Of a DNA stretch of 64,000 nt, positions 1-12,274 are shown piece after piece. Below the pieces are notes generated by a model. That model did not search any database and was not told where the DNA came from. It saw nothing but the letters and a program-made list of their open reading frames with translations. Origin of the DNA: Lama glama (Eukaryota); contig CM052816.1 of assembly GCA_028534125.1 (NCBI GenBank), forward strand, positions 70,310,001 through 70,374,000, in the 5' to 3' direction. The translations under genes and the position numbers were made by a program. Every line of letters starts with the position of its first letter. Positions within the stretch are counted from its first letter, which is position 1.

Positions 1-1109
1 CCAAATGCCAAAATTTTAACTTATAATAAGGTACATCTATTCCCGATGATCATAACTTTCGTGTTTTTCATCCTTGGAAACTATTTCTTCCCTCCTGTAA
101 TCAGTATATTCAGGAGTCAAACCATTAATCACAAATACGTAATTAGAAAAATAAGAGTAAATGTTTGGAGATATTTTACCTACTTTCAGCAAACCTTGAT
201 GAGCTATTACTACCCCAGTGTTTCCTCCAAGGAGACAGTGCGAGCCAACCTCTTTCCCTGATACATATTTTCTTAAGATCGATTATGTTACTGGCTTATA
301 TATAGTCAGGTTGTTAATTCATGGGGCTGAAAAAGAGTTCATTCCTCAGACTTCTGGATTGCCCCCAAGTCCTAGTTTTTATACACCACAGAGGAAACGG
401 AAGGCTGAGATTAAATGACTCATCCAGTGTCACACAGGTAGCAGGTGCCAGTGCTTTTTGCTGCCACACAGCAGAGGGAGAGCCACTGTTTGGTTAACTA
501 AGAGAGGCTATAACATCAAGAGCAGCACAAGTGAGTGGGCCTTGATTTATATAAGAGGAATAAAATTATTTATGTGTAACTGGAACACAAAACATGGCTA
601 CAAGTGTTCTTACAGTCTGTCGCTTTTCCCACTCCCATGAGAGGAAAAGATTCTTGCCCTCTGCTCAGTTTCCGGGCTCCCCTTTGGGGTAAAGAACCTT
701 TAGTAATGGGCAGGAAAAGCAGAGAGGAAAAGGAAAAGAAATCCAAAAGACTGAGTTGATTTACAGAAGAGCTGGGTGGTAGGGGGGAGAGTAAAGGGAG
801 GAAGCGAAAAGCTTTATGGGCTTGATGTCAGAGAGAACTTTTGTTGCAAAATGGCAAGTGGGAAGCAAAGAATAAAAGAGTCTAGAGCAGCTTCTCTGAG
901 GGGGAACTGGAGAGCAGAGACCAGGAGTTTAAAAATTCTTGCTCTGGGTTATGAGTTAGATTCTTTTATTAGCCTCAGTTGTTATTAATGAACTGATTCT
1001 TTGAGCGAGCCACCTTGGCAAGGCTGGGTCACTTGGAGCCCTGGAGTTTTTTGCATCGCAGTTAGAGGAAAGACACATTGTTCTTGAAGACATACCTTTG
1101 AAGTAGGGT

Positions 1110-2087
1110 TAGGACTGCCATCATGGGCATGTGGCCAGTGCAGTGGCAAACGTCCCTGCACTCAAAGGATTCCATGTTTGCCAACTGTATTGTGAAGTTC
1201 TTGATAAATTTATTTTTGACTTGATATCTTTTGAGTGAAGTCTGATGGGACAGTGGAGCACGGGTGCAGAGGAGGGCTGGTGGCAGTTGGGCAGCAACTG
1301 GGAGTGGGGCATGGTGGCGGTGGTCCCAGTGCCCGAGATCTGGAGCACCAGGTGGCACAGCAGAGTCTAACGTTTTTGCCCATCCTGATCCAGGAACTGA
1401 GGGATTCCCAGTACGGAGGTTTAAAGATCCTTGGGGGCTTTCCAGAGTTTGGCTAGAGGGAAGGGGAAATGCCTGACCTGACTTCCTCCAGGACAGCTGG
1501 TGGGAGGTGGGCCTGGCAGCATGAGACCCGAGGGAATCCACGCAGCGCTCCAGCTCTGCTCTGTGTTGCAGGGCTGGATTGCCAGGGCCTGGGGTTGGGC
1601 GGCGGGAGTGGCCTGAGATGTCTATCTCCTGGCAGGTATCTCTGTGGCCTAGAGGGCTCCCTTAACCTGCTCTGTGCTTGCAAACATACTCTTTTTCTAA
1701 TTCCAACCATCCTGAGCCTAACTTGTGTTTGTCTCTTCTGATCAGCTCAGAGGGCCTCTGGGGAGGAACCACGAAATGCGAATTGCAAAATTCTGGTAAT
1801 TCTCCCTACCAGTTAAATACTCTGATATTTCCATGTAAAACTCACTGCACAATATAAATTGATGATAACACTCATACTAATAATTTAAATTTTTAATTTT
1901 CTTTACTTAGAATGACATTGAATAGTAAATAAAAACCAACATAACAAGTCGAGAGAGAGGTCATTAGAAGAAAAGACAAAGCTTTATGTTTTAGTACCTT
2001 TCAATAGTATTTACTCCCAGCCTTTTGAACAAGGGACCCTGGTTTTTCATTTTACCCTGGGACTCACAAATCATATAGCCACCTCCA
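1110..2087 (+). mobile_element. MER45-family hAT-Tip100 non-autonomous DNA transposon
   Basis: The 5' end 'taggactgccatcatgggcatgtggccagtgcagt', the internal 'tgaagtctgatgggacagtggagca' and the 3' end 'ttttgaacaagggaccct...tttcattttaccctgggactcacaaatcatatagcc' resemble MER45 termini. It explains the GC-rich patch and the ORFs at 1062-1741. Confidence 0.75.
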
Positions 2088-2439
2088 GGAGGAAAGTTTA
2101 TAAGACATCATTGCTATAAGAAGGAAGAGTGCTGGCTTTATTAGACTCAACATGCTTTACTACTGGAAATGATTCAATTACTTTGGGTGGGTAAAGTGCT
2201 ATAGAACACAGCATCCCTCTAGGATTCTATAGTATGGCAGGTTACATCTCAAACCATGACTTCTGCGATGTATTTATAGAACTTCATATCTTCTGGGAAA
2301 TGAACCATTCTGTCAACTGCAGCACGGGATGTTGCTTGAGTATAGGGGCTTTGCTTATATTGGTATTTACCGAATTTTCCCAAGATCTTTACTTCTTTAC
2401 ATTGAGCCACTGTCTCCATTTAGGATGATGTTTGTTGGA

Positions 2440-2832
2440 TTGTCTACCAAAACTTGTGTCCAACTTCTATAACTGCAAAGTGGCAACCCAAAAAAGGACT
2501 ACATTTCCCAGTCCCCTTTGTATGTAGGGATCATTCTGGCCAGTGGAAAACAAACAAGTGGAAATACAATGTGTCATTTTTAGGCAAAAGTATTTAAGAA
2601 GTGGGTCTCCTTTCCTTGATTCTTCTTTACTTTGTGGGTCAGGTGCAGAGAAATCCAAAGCTTAGAAAATGGTAGAACCATAAGATAGAGGAAACTTCAG
2701 TTCTTCAGTTGATCTATGGAAGAAAGCTACCTGGAACAGTCCCACTGAACGTGGTCACATAAAATTAACTTCTCGTGTTAAGCCCCTGAATTTGGAAGAT
2801 TTTGTCATAACAACTAACTCACTCTAATAACT
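2440..2832 (+). mobile_element. Old MaLR (MLT1-type) solo LTR
   Basis: Contains 'gactacatttcccagtcccctttg' and the 3' motif 'aacttctcgtgttaagcccctgaatttgg', both typical of MLT1 LTRs. Confidence 0.6.
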
Positions 2833-2894
2833 CTCACCAAAATCTGTAATAAACTTGTTTAAGTCTTTCAAATAACTTTAAAAAATTGGATCTA

Positions 2895-3030
2895 TGCTTC
2901 TAGTTTTATAGGTGAGAAAATCAAGGTCTTGGAAGTTAAATTACTTTCTCACATAAGTGTAAATTTCTGGTAGAACCAGAGACAGACACCAGAGTGCCTG
3001 TCTTCTGGACCGTCTCACTTTCTACCATTT
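2895..3030 (-). mobile_element. MIR SINE fragment
   Basis: 'ttttataggtgagaaaatcaaggtc...gttaaattactt' is the reverse MIR core. Confidence 0.6.
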
Positions 3031-6000
3031 TGGGGATAAATCTGAAAGGGAAAACAGTAAATGTTTATCTGTGACATACTTTTGGAAGCACTATTAGGTA
3101 GAGAATTGCAGTAGCAGCTCTTACTTTAAAATCCTAATAGAAGCAAAGTAGTCAATATATAATTTTTTCATGATGTTATATTGAGTCTTATTCAATTTTG
3201 TTAATCCCCAAATCAGTCTTTTTCTTTTAAATATAATTTTAAATGTTTCATAAAATTGTGATCTTTTGTTATGCATGTTTAATTTTAGACAAAAATCAGG
3301 AGAGAGAGCTTGTTTTACTTACCAGCAATTTACTTTACAGCAAACTTTGTTAGAACATATTTGTTAAAATTTCCCGAGTGAAAAGAGAAATGCCAGTTAT
3401 GAATGCTATAGTTTAAAATTGAATGGCATTTTTTGAGAATGTCAAGAGAGTTCTATGAACTCCATCACCAAAGACCTTGCTCCATCAAACAAAGAAATCA
3501 GATCAAGAAAAAGAAAAAAAAAAAAAAGCACCCGTGAAAGAATGTGGAAGTTCTCTCCCTGTTTGAAAATTGGGGAAGAGTGAAAGTAGTCTTGTCTTTC
3601 TGGGTTTTTTGTAAAAATTGTAGTCAAAGAATACTTTTGTAGAAAGAAAGTGCAATAATGTATTTCCCATTTTGTGTGGGAAATAGTGATATGCAGTGAA
3701 TGTTAAGAGTGATTCTCTTTGGGGTGGAAGGATTAAGAGGTTTTCATCTTCTATATTAAGTATTTCTATAATAATAGGATTTTGAGAATTAGTAACTGCT
3801 TCTATAAACATGAAACCTCAGTTTAGCACACGGACCTGAATCAGACCACACACTATGTCAGTTCTGCAAGATATCGATGGAAGAGTTCTGAAAATCTGCC
3901 ATATCTCATAGTGAAAGAAACTGTCAAAGGCAAGATTTTCAGGCATAAAATTGTCCATGTGAGAGAATTTATATAGTGGTGACATATGGAGGCTTCTATA
4001 TAAAGTTTGTTAGAATTGTGTTTATGATGTGGATGTTCCATCCTCCCCTTTTCTCAGCTCCTTTCCTGGTTATACAAACTTTCTCATAACTTTTTTCATA
4101 GTTAACACCGGTTTCACTGCATTTTTGGAATGGGGGTGGACAAGGAGACAGGAAGGGTGGTTATTAACCAGGAAAGAAAGTACTCTTCAGGGCAGGCCAT
4201 GATCTGCAGAAATCTCTCAGAGGTGTCTCTCCAAGGCGCTCCTGTTCTTAATTTTTGTTGAAACCACGCACACCCCTTTGATGTATTGAATCTAGTAATA
4301 CACACCTTCTTCCTTTCCAGCCAGCCATATGAACTTATTTACATCACAAGCCTCTGCCAGAGGCCAGGAAAAAGATCTGTATAGTAATTCCAAACACAGT
4401 CAAAAAAGGAAGTGGCTCAGTAGTTTTCATAAAAGTCAATGACACCTATCAAATGGCATTAGAAATATTTAGGAAGGACTATTCACAATTTCTTCAAACT
4501 GACATGATAGTACCTGTCTCAAATGAAATTGCATATTACTGGATGGTTTTTTAAACATTCATCTGAAGTCATGCAGTCAGCAAGGCAGTTTCAACTGCCC
4601 AGAAAAACAGATGTTAAGTGATGATTGTGCTTTGAAGCAGAAATGAAGTCAAGGGTCTTCTATTGCTTTTGAGTAAGTCAAGCTGTCTAAAAGGCAAAAC
4701 AATTTAAATGAAAAACATTCTTTTCAAGTTTTTTGCTCATAACTCACATTATGTTGTCTATGTGTGCAATCCTGTCTATTTGTATAATTAGGAGAAAATT
4801 CTAAAATCAAAGATTGTACGTAGTATTGCTAATAAAGTCAGCTGTGTAACATTATGCATCCATTCATCTTGTTATAGTTTATTAGAAGTAAACAATTATC
4901 AAAACAACTGTATGTGGTGTAGACAAGCATAAGATTAGTAGCTGTTCAGTATATAAATTAAACAACAATAAGTGTGCCACAATGCATCACACATTGATGG
5001 CTCAGTTTTTAAAAAGCAAGTCTTCCTTTTTATCTAAAAAAAAATTTTTTTGGATTCTCAAAATAATACTGTCCTTTTAAATTTCATCACTAATTCCTAT
5101 GTGCTGAATTTAGACATGTACAGTATTACCAGGAAGCATCTTTCTGTCAAAGCCATTATTTTTGCTCAGTTGCATTCTTTTAACCAGTCTTAGGGTACAC
5201 ATCTCCAAAAGGCAGTTTGCTTTCCTAATCTGTGCCCCTGCAAACATTTCAATACAGCAGCTTGGAGAGTTTTTCATTCACTCTTATGGAGAAGTCACCA
5301 TCCGGGCTTCCTAAATGAGGACAAAAGGCTAACTCAGCACCCTTTCCCCACCTTGGGATAACAGTCACCTTTCCTCATTGTTTGAGGGCAGTTCAACCTC
5401 ATAATTAAGATGAAATCTAGCAAGGATGTAGGACTCATGTCTTGTTCTGGCACTGACTAGCCAACTCGTGTGTATGTGTATGTATGTATCCATACATGTT
5501 GTGTGCATGTATTTGTACCTTTAGAAGAATGATATAGATTTACATAACACACTGATTTTAAAGGACCAGTTAATTTTTAGATATTAATGAATATGTTCTC
5601 CATAAGTATTCAAAGCTGAGGTGCAATTTAGTGCAATATTGTTTTGGTATGCAAAGCACTGACAGCCACAATCCTGTTCGCCCAAACTGAGGCTATTGCT
5701 CATGTGTTTCAAACAATATTTCATATTTTAAAAAAAAGAACTAGGGCACTTTCTTAGAGACTGTATTAATGACTTTCTGAAATTTGAAAACCAAAAATTT
5801 AAAACAATCAACTAATATATCCAAATAACCAGATGTTTGGCATTATACATTAAAATGCTGGGATATTTTTGTAGAGAACCTTCATCTCAGTGTTTGAAGT
5901 CAGGTAGCTGTGGTCTGTGTCAACTATGAAAATAAGCTTTGGTCTACAGTGGAATTGACTTTGCCCAGAGCTTATAAATGATCAGCGTATGCTCAAAGGA

Positions 6001-6584
6001 ATCAGGCAGTGTACTTAATGGAAATCAGGTGTTATGCTTTAGAGACATAAAATAGATTCTCTTCATCACCTAAACATGAGATTTTATGTTTGGAAGAAGC
6101 ACAAACTGCAATTGTTACTCACAGACACTAGTATTTTCTTGGACTAGGTTCCATTAAATGTAAATATATGATATCTTATCTTACCTTTTTTTTTTTTAAC
6201 AACTGCTTTTCCTCCCTTTGTATCTCCTCTTCATCAGGTTTTATTGAATATTCCTCCTCTGTTCTAGCTTCCAAACTTAGAGAACTGAGTGTGCTTCGTC
6301 AGAGGCCAGCTCCAGGCTCTTTTAAAGAACTTAAGCTGATTACTTTATCCCTGTTAATCGACACTAGTACATTATTGCATTACCATTTCCAGTTAAGCTA
6401 TTTACAGAATTTTAATGATGATCCTCTCTACATCAGCTTCCAGACTGGTTGTGTGGTAGAACTGAAAAAAAAAAAAAACTATAGAATCTATAGTCAAAAT
6501 ATTTGGGTCAAATTCTAATTTTTCTGTTTCACCCTAGGCAGTCAAATTCCCAGAACTTTAGGTTTTTCATGTATAAAATAGAAA

Positions 6585-6943
6585 TACAAAAAAGAAAATC
6601 CTGCAATATGCGAAACATGGATGAACCTTGAGGATATTATGTTAGGTGAAATAAACCAGTCACAAAGGGACAAATACCGCATGGTTCCACCTACAAGAGG
6701 TACCTGAAATATTCAAACCCATAAAAGCAGAGTAGAGTGGTAGTTGCCAGGAGCTGATGGAGGGAGAAATGGAGGGCTGCTAATAATAAGTATGAAGTTT
6801 CAGTTATGCAAAATGAACAAGTTCTATAGACCTGCCATAAAACATAGTGCCTATAGATGATAATACTGTACCATACACTTAAAAATCTTTTGAGGATAAA
6901 GCTCATGATAAGTGTTCTTACCACAATGAAATAAAAATAAAAA
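6585..6943 (+). mobile_element. L1MB-type LINE-1 3' end
   Basis: 'catggatgaaccttgaggatattatgttaggtgaaataaaccagtcacaaagggacaaatac' through 'gttcttaccacaatgaaataaaaataaaaa' is the ORF2 C-terminus, 3' UTR and A tail. Confidence 0.85.
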
Positions 6944-6969
6944 GTCTGGAACTCGTATACTTTCCTCAT

Positions 6970-7472
6970 ATGTAGTGGACATATCTTGGGGTGGTCTGCT
7001 TAATTTATTACAGTCCAGTTGCTCTGAAATTGCCCCTTGCCCATAGGTGAGCCTTAGCAACCATGTTTGCAGCACATGGCCCCACCCTCCTGGCCAAAGA
7101 CCACTGGATCAGGAAAGGATATCTTTTCCAACTGCGCTAATCAGAGCTACACTCTCCTGGGAACTTGGAATTGAGACCAAGTAATTGTAATTCAGCTACA
7201 GTGGTCTCTTGATCAAAGGAGAGGTAAACTAGGAGTCTTGATGGTCAAGTTGGACACAATGAAACAGAAATACAGAGAGTAGCAGAGCAAGTGATGAAAA
7301 GTACTGCCCTCAGTTCCTCATGACCTTCCAGGTCCTGGTTCTAGCTTTTCCTGAGGCTGATTGGGTTTCATGAAATGATGATGATGGTGATGATGATAAT
7401 GATAAAATAATTTTTTTTCTTAAAAGTTGGACATTGGTTTCTGTTATTTACTTCTAAAAGGATTGACTAAGC
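6970..7472 (+). mobile_element. Old MLT1-type LTR, degenerate
   Basis: Starts 'tgtagtggacat', contains 'ccaactgcgctaatcagag...ctcctgggaacttggaattgag', and ends 'tttctgttatttacttctaaaaggattgactaa'. Confidence 0.5.
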
Positions 7473-8164
7473 CACCATAGAAATGCTATGAGGAACAAAT
7501 CATAGTATTTGGAAGACTTTGCAAACTATATTGAACTATATAAATAGTATCTATGATTGTTATTTTTAAATGTCCTAATTTAAGAGGAGTGAATATTAAG
7601 TAGGGCAGTGAAGGAGCACATAGGTTTCTTAGAACCTCTTCAGTGTGCTATGTAATGGTTATTACTCTAATACTTCTGATCAGTTTTGCTTTTGGTCTAG
7701 TGATAAAGTGAGAAGTGGAAATGTATTTGACCTAGATGTGGAGGAAAGTAGCCCTGAAAAATTTGGGAATGGCCTAATTTAACATTTTTAAGCCAGATAG
7801 TTTTTGTCATCTAAATATTTTTGAAAGTGGTTTATAAAAAATCCAGTAACTTAATAACCTAAGAGAATTAGTGGAGATCCTAAATCTTCATATATAAAAA
7901 CAGATCAATCAATAGAACTGAAATTAGTGATTGAGAGATGGAAGCATAATAGCAAATATATGAAGAAATATACTTTTTCTTATCTTTGCTTATCTATAAC
8001 ATATAAATATGTATTTTGTGTCAGTGGTTTCTGACCTGAGGGCCAAGGATGCCTGATCTGAAGGCATGGGAGTGCAGAGTGATTTAGGGAAAATGATCCT
8101 TAAGTTCATATATACATGCCAGACATTATCCATACATAGATATGATAAATACAATTTTATTAAA

Positions 8165-8368
8165 AATTACTAGTATTTATTAAATAGTTACATGAATTGC
8201 ATAATTTAATTCTCACAATTGTAGATAATATTCCCATGTTATGAGATATTTGGGATCTAGCATGATTTAGTAGCTTGTTCAATGTCAAACAGGTAGTTAG
8301 TGGTAGAACTGATTTGCGCTCAGTCAATATGACTTCCAAACTCTTAACTACCATATCCATTACTTTCA
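8165..8368 (-). mobile_element. MIR SINE
   Basis: Degenerate reverse MIR: 'atttaattctcacaatt...cttgttcaatgtcaaacaggtagttagtggtagaactg...ctcttaactac'. Confidence 0.6.
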
Positions 8369-8587
8369 GTATAAATATTATCAGATTGAACTGTAAGAAA
8401 TTGCCATTTGTTTAGGTCAAGGACATGCAAATATTAGCAATTTTAGGATTCAACCTTATTATTTTTAAACTATTAGCTTATATAAAGCACTAATTCATTT
8501 AAAAAGGTAATTGAGTCTAATATATTTTAGCAACATGTATTTTCTTATAGGGCAGAAATTGAAAATACAGCTGTTGTCTTATGGAGG

Positions 8588-8785
8588 GTGTCTTAGCCTG
8601 GATTTCCTAGACAATAGAGCTGGAAACAAAGATTAAGTTCTTTGGCTATATGGGAGGTGAAATCTCAGGACAACAAGAGTAAAGGGAAAAGAGAAGTTAA
8701 GTAGGGAAGAAAGAAAAGCAAATACTAGATTGTAAATTTCTGAGATGGCTACAGCTTGAAACACACGCATGCGCGCGCGCGCACA

Positions 8786-8828
<43 letters not shown>

Positions 8829-8960
8829 GACAACTTAGATATACAAGGCATCTTCTTCTGCACGATGTACTCAGAACAGTCTCTCAGGAATGTGGAGGCA
8901 AAGGAGTTGACCATATTTCTATTGTTGTTGGAAGTGTCTCATTTTAGTATCGGCCAGAAC
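8588..8960 (-). mobile_element. ERVL LTR fragment (LTR33-like) containing a microsatellite
   Basis: 'tgtcttagcctggatttcctagacaatagagctggaaacaaag...gggaggtgaaatctcagg' resembles the reverse LTR33/LTR16-class 3' end. Confidence 0.45.
8761..8826. repeat. (CG)n/(CA)n compound microsatellite
   Basis: Directly visible: acacacgcatgcgcgcgcgcgcacacaaac followed by (ac)n. Confidence 0.95.
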
Positions 8961-10657
8961 TGACCTTTTGTAGTTGATCCATTCTGAATGGCCCGTGGCT
9001 TAAGGTGTTAGGATGTCAACCAAATTTAAGGAAATATAATCTTAGAACACAGTGTATTGCTAATTTTTTTTCTCTCTTTAGATAGGTTTTCAAGAAGAGC
9101 CTAGGGATGGAAAAACTGAGTGGTAGGGACGAGACAAGGGGAAGGAGATTTTCCATAATCCCATGTTCTGAGGTTGCCATTGATGTATGCGGCCATGTCA
9201 CAACTGTTAATAGCATCGCCCCTGCTGTCCAGCCCAGTGATAGTAGGACAGTCCCTTCAGGTGGAGAACAAGTGACAAGACGGTGTGTCTTCTCTGCCTC
9301 AGTAAGGAGCCTGTGTGTGAATACAACAGAGCTTCTGACTTTATGAAAAATCTTCCTTGTTCTTTTCTTTCATGAACAAAGCCAAACTCCTTTTCCTACT
9401 TAAAACCTGCCATAGAATATAGACATGATGAAAAAGGTTTCCACACCAGGGAACTGGGGGTCCCTGGAAACCTACTTACTTGGCATATACCTTTCAAAAC
9501 TATCAGGTTTTATAGTTTTAAGGCTCTTTGTTAACTTTAATTGTAATTTACTGTGGAGCTGGCTAAACGTCAATAGCTAAAAGGGCTAAAATTCAGTAAC
9601 TAAAAGGTCAAAATACAGTTACATAAGGAATGGGCAAGCTAGATCAGTTTGAAATTTACTCAGATTTTCATTTTATTCTTTCATGGCCCCAGATTTGAGT
9701 ATTTCTTAGAGAGGAATATTTTAAAAAATATCTAAGGAGGAAAATGAAATTAATTTCCAATATTCTGCAGTGATATGGCAAACTACAGCATGATTTTTTT
9801 TAAAGGTTTATAGTAAAAACTTGGACAATATATTGTTTCCCCTGTAATTCCCCACTTCTCCACCCCCAGAATTATCCTGTTTATTCGAGGCCTTTTTGGT
9901 TCCTCTGTATTTCATTTTTAAAATGTTAGGAATACAGAAATGGTCAGTGGACATAGGTTAAAGGAAATTGAAATATGACTATTTGGCTACAAGTTTATTG
10001 ATTAGCCCATGACAGGGTAAGTCCTAGTAATAGCTTGGGTCAAAGTCTTGGAGTTTTTGTGTAAAATGCCTAAGAATCTTTTAACTCAATTCAACATTAT
10101 TATTACCTTTAACACTTGATGCCTGGCCAGCGATAGGCAATCTGGAAGAGAAAGTATGCGACTTTATCATTGATCTTGAATGAAGCAATATGCAAATAAT
10201 ATTAGTGACCCTAAGGATGCTCTTCTACATTTCCAAAGCAGTTCACACTTTCCCGAGAATCTTTCATTTCACAACAACCCTGTGACATAGGTGGTCAAGT
10301 GTTGTTTTCCTTATTTATAGATAGGAAAACTGAAATCCCAAGGAAATACTTTACTTGCCTAAGATTTTACAAGAAGTGATGTGTGGGACTTAAATATGGA
10401 TAACATGACATATTTTTCAGTGTGGAACACCAGTGGTAATGGGCTCAGGTTGTTACGAGCCACAGGTTAGGACCCAAACATTTAGACAAAGGTACATACA
10501 TAAAATAGTAGTAGGTTATTGGAAGCTATTTATGAATCATTCTTAGTAAGTTGTTTCCTCTGCTGAAGCTGGAGCTGCTCAGCTGTTGCTCCAAAGTTCT
10601 GGCAGGTCTATTGCTAAAAAGAGTCATGAAAATAGACAATTCATGTACTCTGTGTTT

Positions 10658-10720
10658 TGTGTGTGTGTGTGTGTGTGAGTGTGTGTAGGTAGACATGTGC
10701 ATATATATACACATATATAT
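10658..10720. repeat. (TG)n/(TA)n simple repeat
   Basis: Directly visible in the sequence. Confidence 0.9.
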
Positions 10721-10927
10721 TCAGTAAGCCCATAAATGCATTTTTGTGCCTTACCAATCATCTACTTTGTGTCAGACCTTATTCTAGGTGCCAGGAGTAC
10801 ACTGCTAAACAGTAATAGAAGAAATACATATTAAATTCACAGTAAGATACAATATGTTTGTCTGTGATTGGCAAAATTTTCAAGTTATAATTTAAAAAAT
10901 CATAACAGGCATTCATATACTATTCTT

Positions 10928-11497
10928 TTTTTTTTCTGTTTGTATTGCATATTGAGACAAACACCAAAGGAAACAGAGAAGAAAATATGACCTTTAGACC
11001 ATAATGGAGAGAATCACATTTTCGTTACAAACCTCTCCTCTGACACAGCCCCTCCCCCAACACTGACAAGATACCTGACCAATCCAGGATGTCAGTTGCT
11101 GGTTGGGTTCCAGGTGGAATGTTGGTGTGTTCCCTGGGGCTTGTTGTGGCTGGTGGATCCATGGTAATGGGGCAGAGCCCTGTGGTGTATCAGTGCCAGG
11201 GGGGGCTGCTGTCCTCTGTGGAGCTTGGCTTACAGCTCTTCTTTGGGAAGCTGAGTGAGGTCGTGGTGTTGCTGCTGCCCAATGGCCTGAGTTCATGGTT
11301 CACGTTCTAGAACCTAGAAGGGCAGACAGTGACATCTCTGCCTGTCATCAGCTTATTGGTGGGGGTCTTAGGTACTTTCAGACTTGTTCAGTCTTGTAGA
11401 AGATGACTGTACGGGAGACACGAAGACAAGTTGGCGAAAACGCTGGCTGCACTGATTGAGGAGAAATGCCAACTCACTGACGAGATTTGGGCTGCTA
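10928..11497 (-). mobile_element. L1-mediated retroposed insert (poly(A) on - strand) carrying the cTAGE-like fragment, inserted into an old L1M relic
   Basis: TSD catatactattctt (10914-10927) / catataccattctt (11498-11511), 13/14 identical. A T10 run at 10926-10935 abuts the left TSD. Old L1-like sequence flanks both sides ('gattggcaaaattt...caggcattc' and 'gcaattcaactcctaggaatctatcctaagg'). Confidence 0.7.
11161..11497 (+). pseudogene. MIA2: cTAGE5/MIA2 (cTAGE family)-like disabled, intronless N-terminal fragment
   Basis: One frame from 11161 reads ...LQLFFGKLSEVVVLLLPNGLSSWFTF*NLEGQTVTSLPVISLLVGVLGTFRLVQSCRR*LYGRHEDKLAKTLAALIEEKCQLTDEI. By eye it aligns to cTAGE5 LGLLLEELRRVVAALPEGM...[TM]...[36 protein letters not shown]. 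Stops occur at 11308 (TAG) and 11404 (TGA at the conserved Arg, probably CGA>TGA). Confidence 0.75.
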
Positions 11498-11644
11498 CAT
11501 ATACCATTCTTGAAAACATAAAGAGTCACCAACATTTGGGAAGGAATTTTGGTAATATGTATCTAAAACATTCAAGGTGTGCTGTATAGCAAGCAATTCA
11601 ACTCCTAGGAATCTATCCTAAGGACGTAAGGATGTGCTCAACTG

Positions 11645-11848
11645 GATTATATATTTGAAACTTGCCAAGAGAGTATATCTTAACAGTTCTCATGACAAGG
11701 AAAAAAATTGTAACTATGTGTCATGATGGATGTTAGCTAAACTTATTGTGGTGATCATTTTGCAATATATACCTATATCAAATCATTATGTTGTACACCA
11801 AAAACTAATATAATATGTCAATTATATCACAATAACATTTTAAAAAAT
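11645..11848 (+). mobile_element. L1MA/MB 3' terminal fragment
   Basis: 'atatttgaaacttgccaagagagtatatcttaacagttctc...ttattgtggtgatcattttgcaatatatac...tatgtcaattatatcacaataa'. Confidence 0.8.
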
Positions 11849-11894
11849 GAGGCTGTAGAACAGATCAGGAATTGTATTTGGTGACATGAGGTAC

Positions 11895-12105
11895 ACTTGA
11901 AGCCCCAGATGTGTCTTGTTTAGGTTGCATGTTTTGTTTTATTTTGGTTTGGTGTTTTGGAGCAATGGACTGTATTAAATTTTAATTCCTTTAAGATGGC
12001 CAGTTCAGACACTGGCCCTACAACTCCTTATTGTTAAAAACAAGTCTGATTCACACATTTATGTACTTGCCTGGTCCCTGTAGGCTTTTGATATTGCAAA
12101 TTTGG
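11895..12105 (+). mobile_element. MER102-like hAT-Charlie MITE, degenerate
   Basis: 'cccagatgtgtcttgtttagg' through 'cacacatttatgtacttgcctggtccctgtaggcttttga'. Confidence 0.5.
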
Positions 12106-12274
12106 GATTAAATTATCTTTGAGACCAATGTCAATTATGTTTATTTCCCTCTGGAACCCCCTGCTCTCCACAAAAAAGGATGTGCTTAAGATTCAACTTC
12201 CAGGAAGTTTATTGGAGCAATGTTTGTAAGAGAGGAAAACTATAAACTTGAATGTACAGTAATAATAGTACTAA

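Noticed and set aside
30..305. Possible + strand exons (acceptor ctactttcag at 189; frame NLDELLLPQ...IMLLAYI*)
   Set aside because: The peptide is not recognised and no consistent donor/acceptor chain could be built. It cannot be fully excluded at the window edge.
1062..1741. Cluster of overlapping ORFs, up to 159 aa
   Set aside because: They lie almost entirely within a GC-rich MER45-like transposon and show no recognisable protein similarity.
3315..3530. Minus-strand gtaagt donor at ~3322 with an upstream T-rich tract
   Set aside because: No convincing acceptor or coding frame. A non-coding exon cannot be supported without transcript data.
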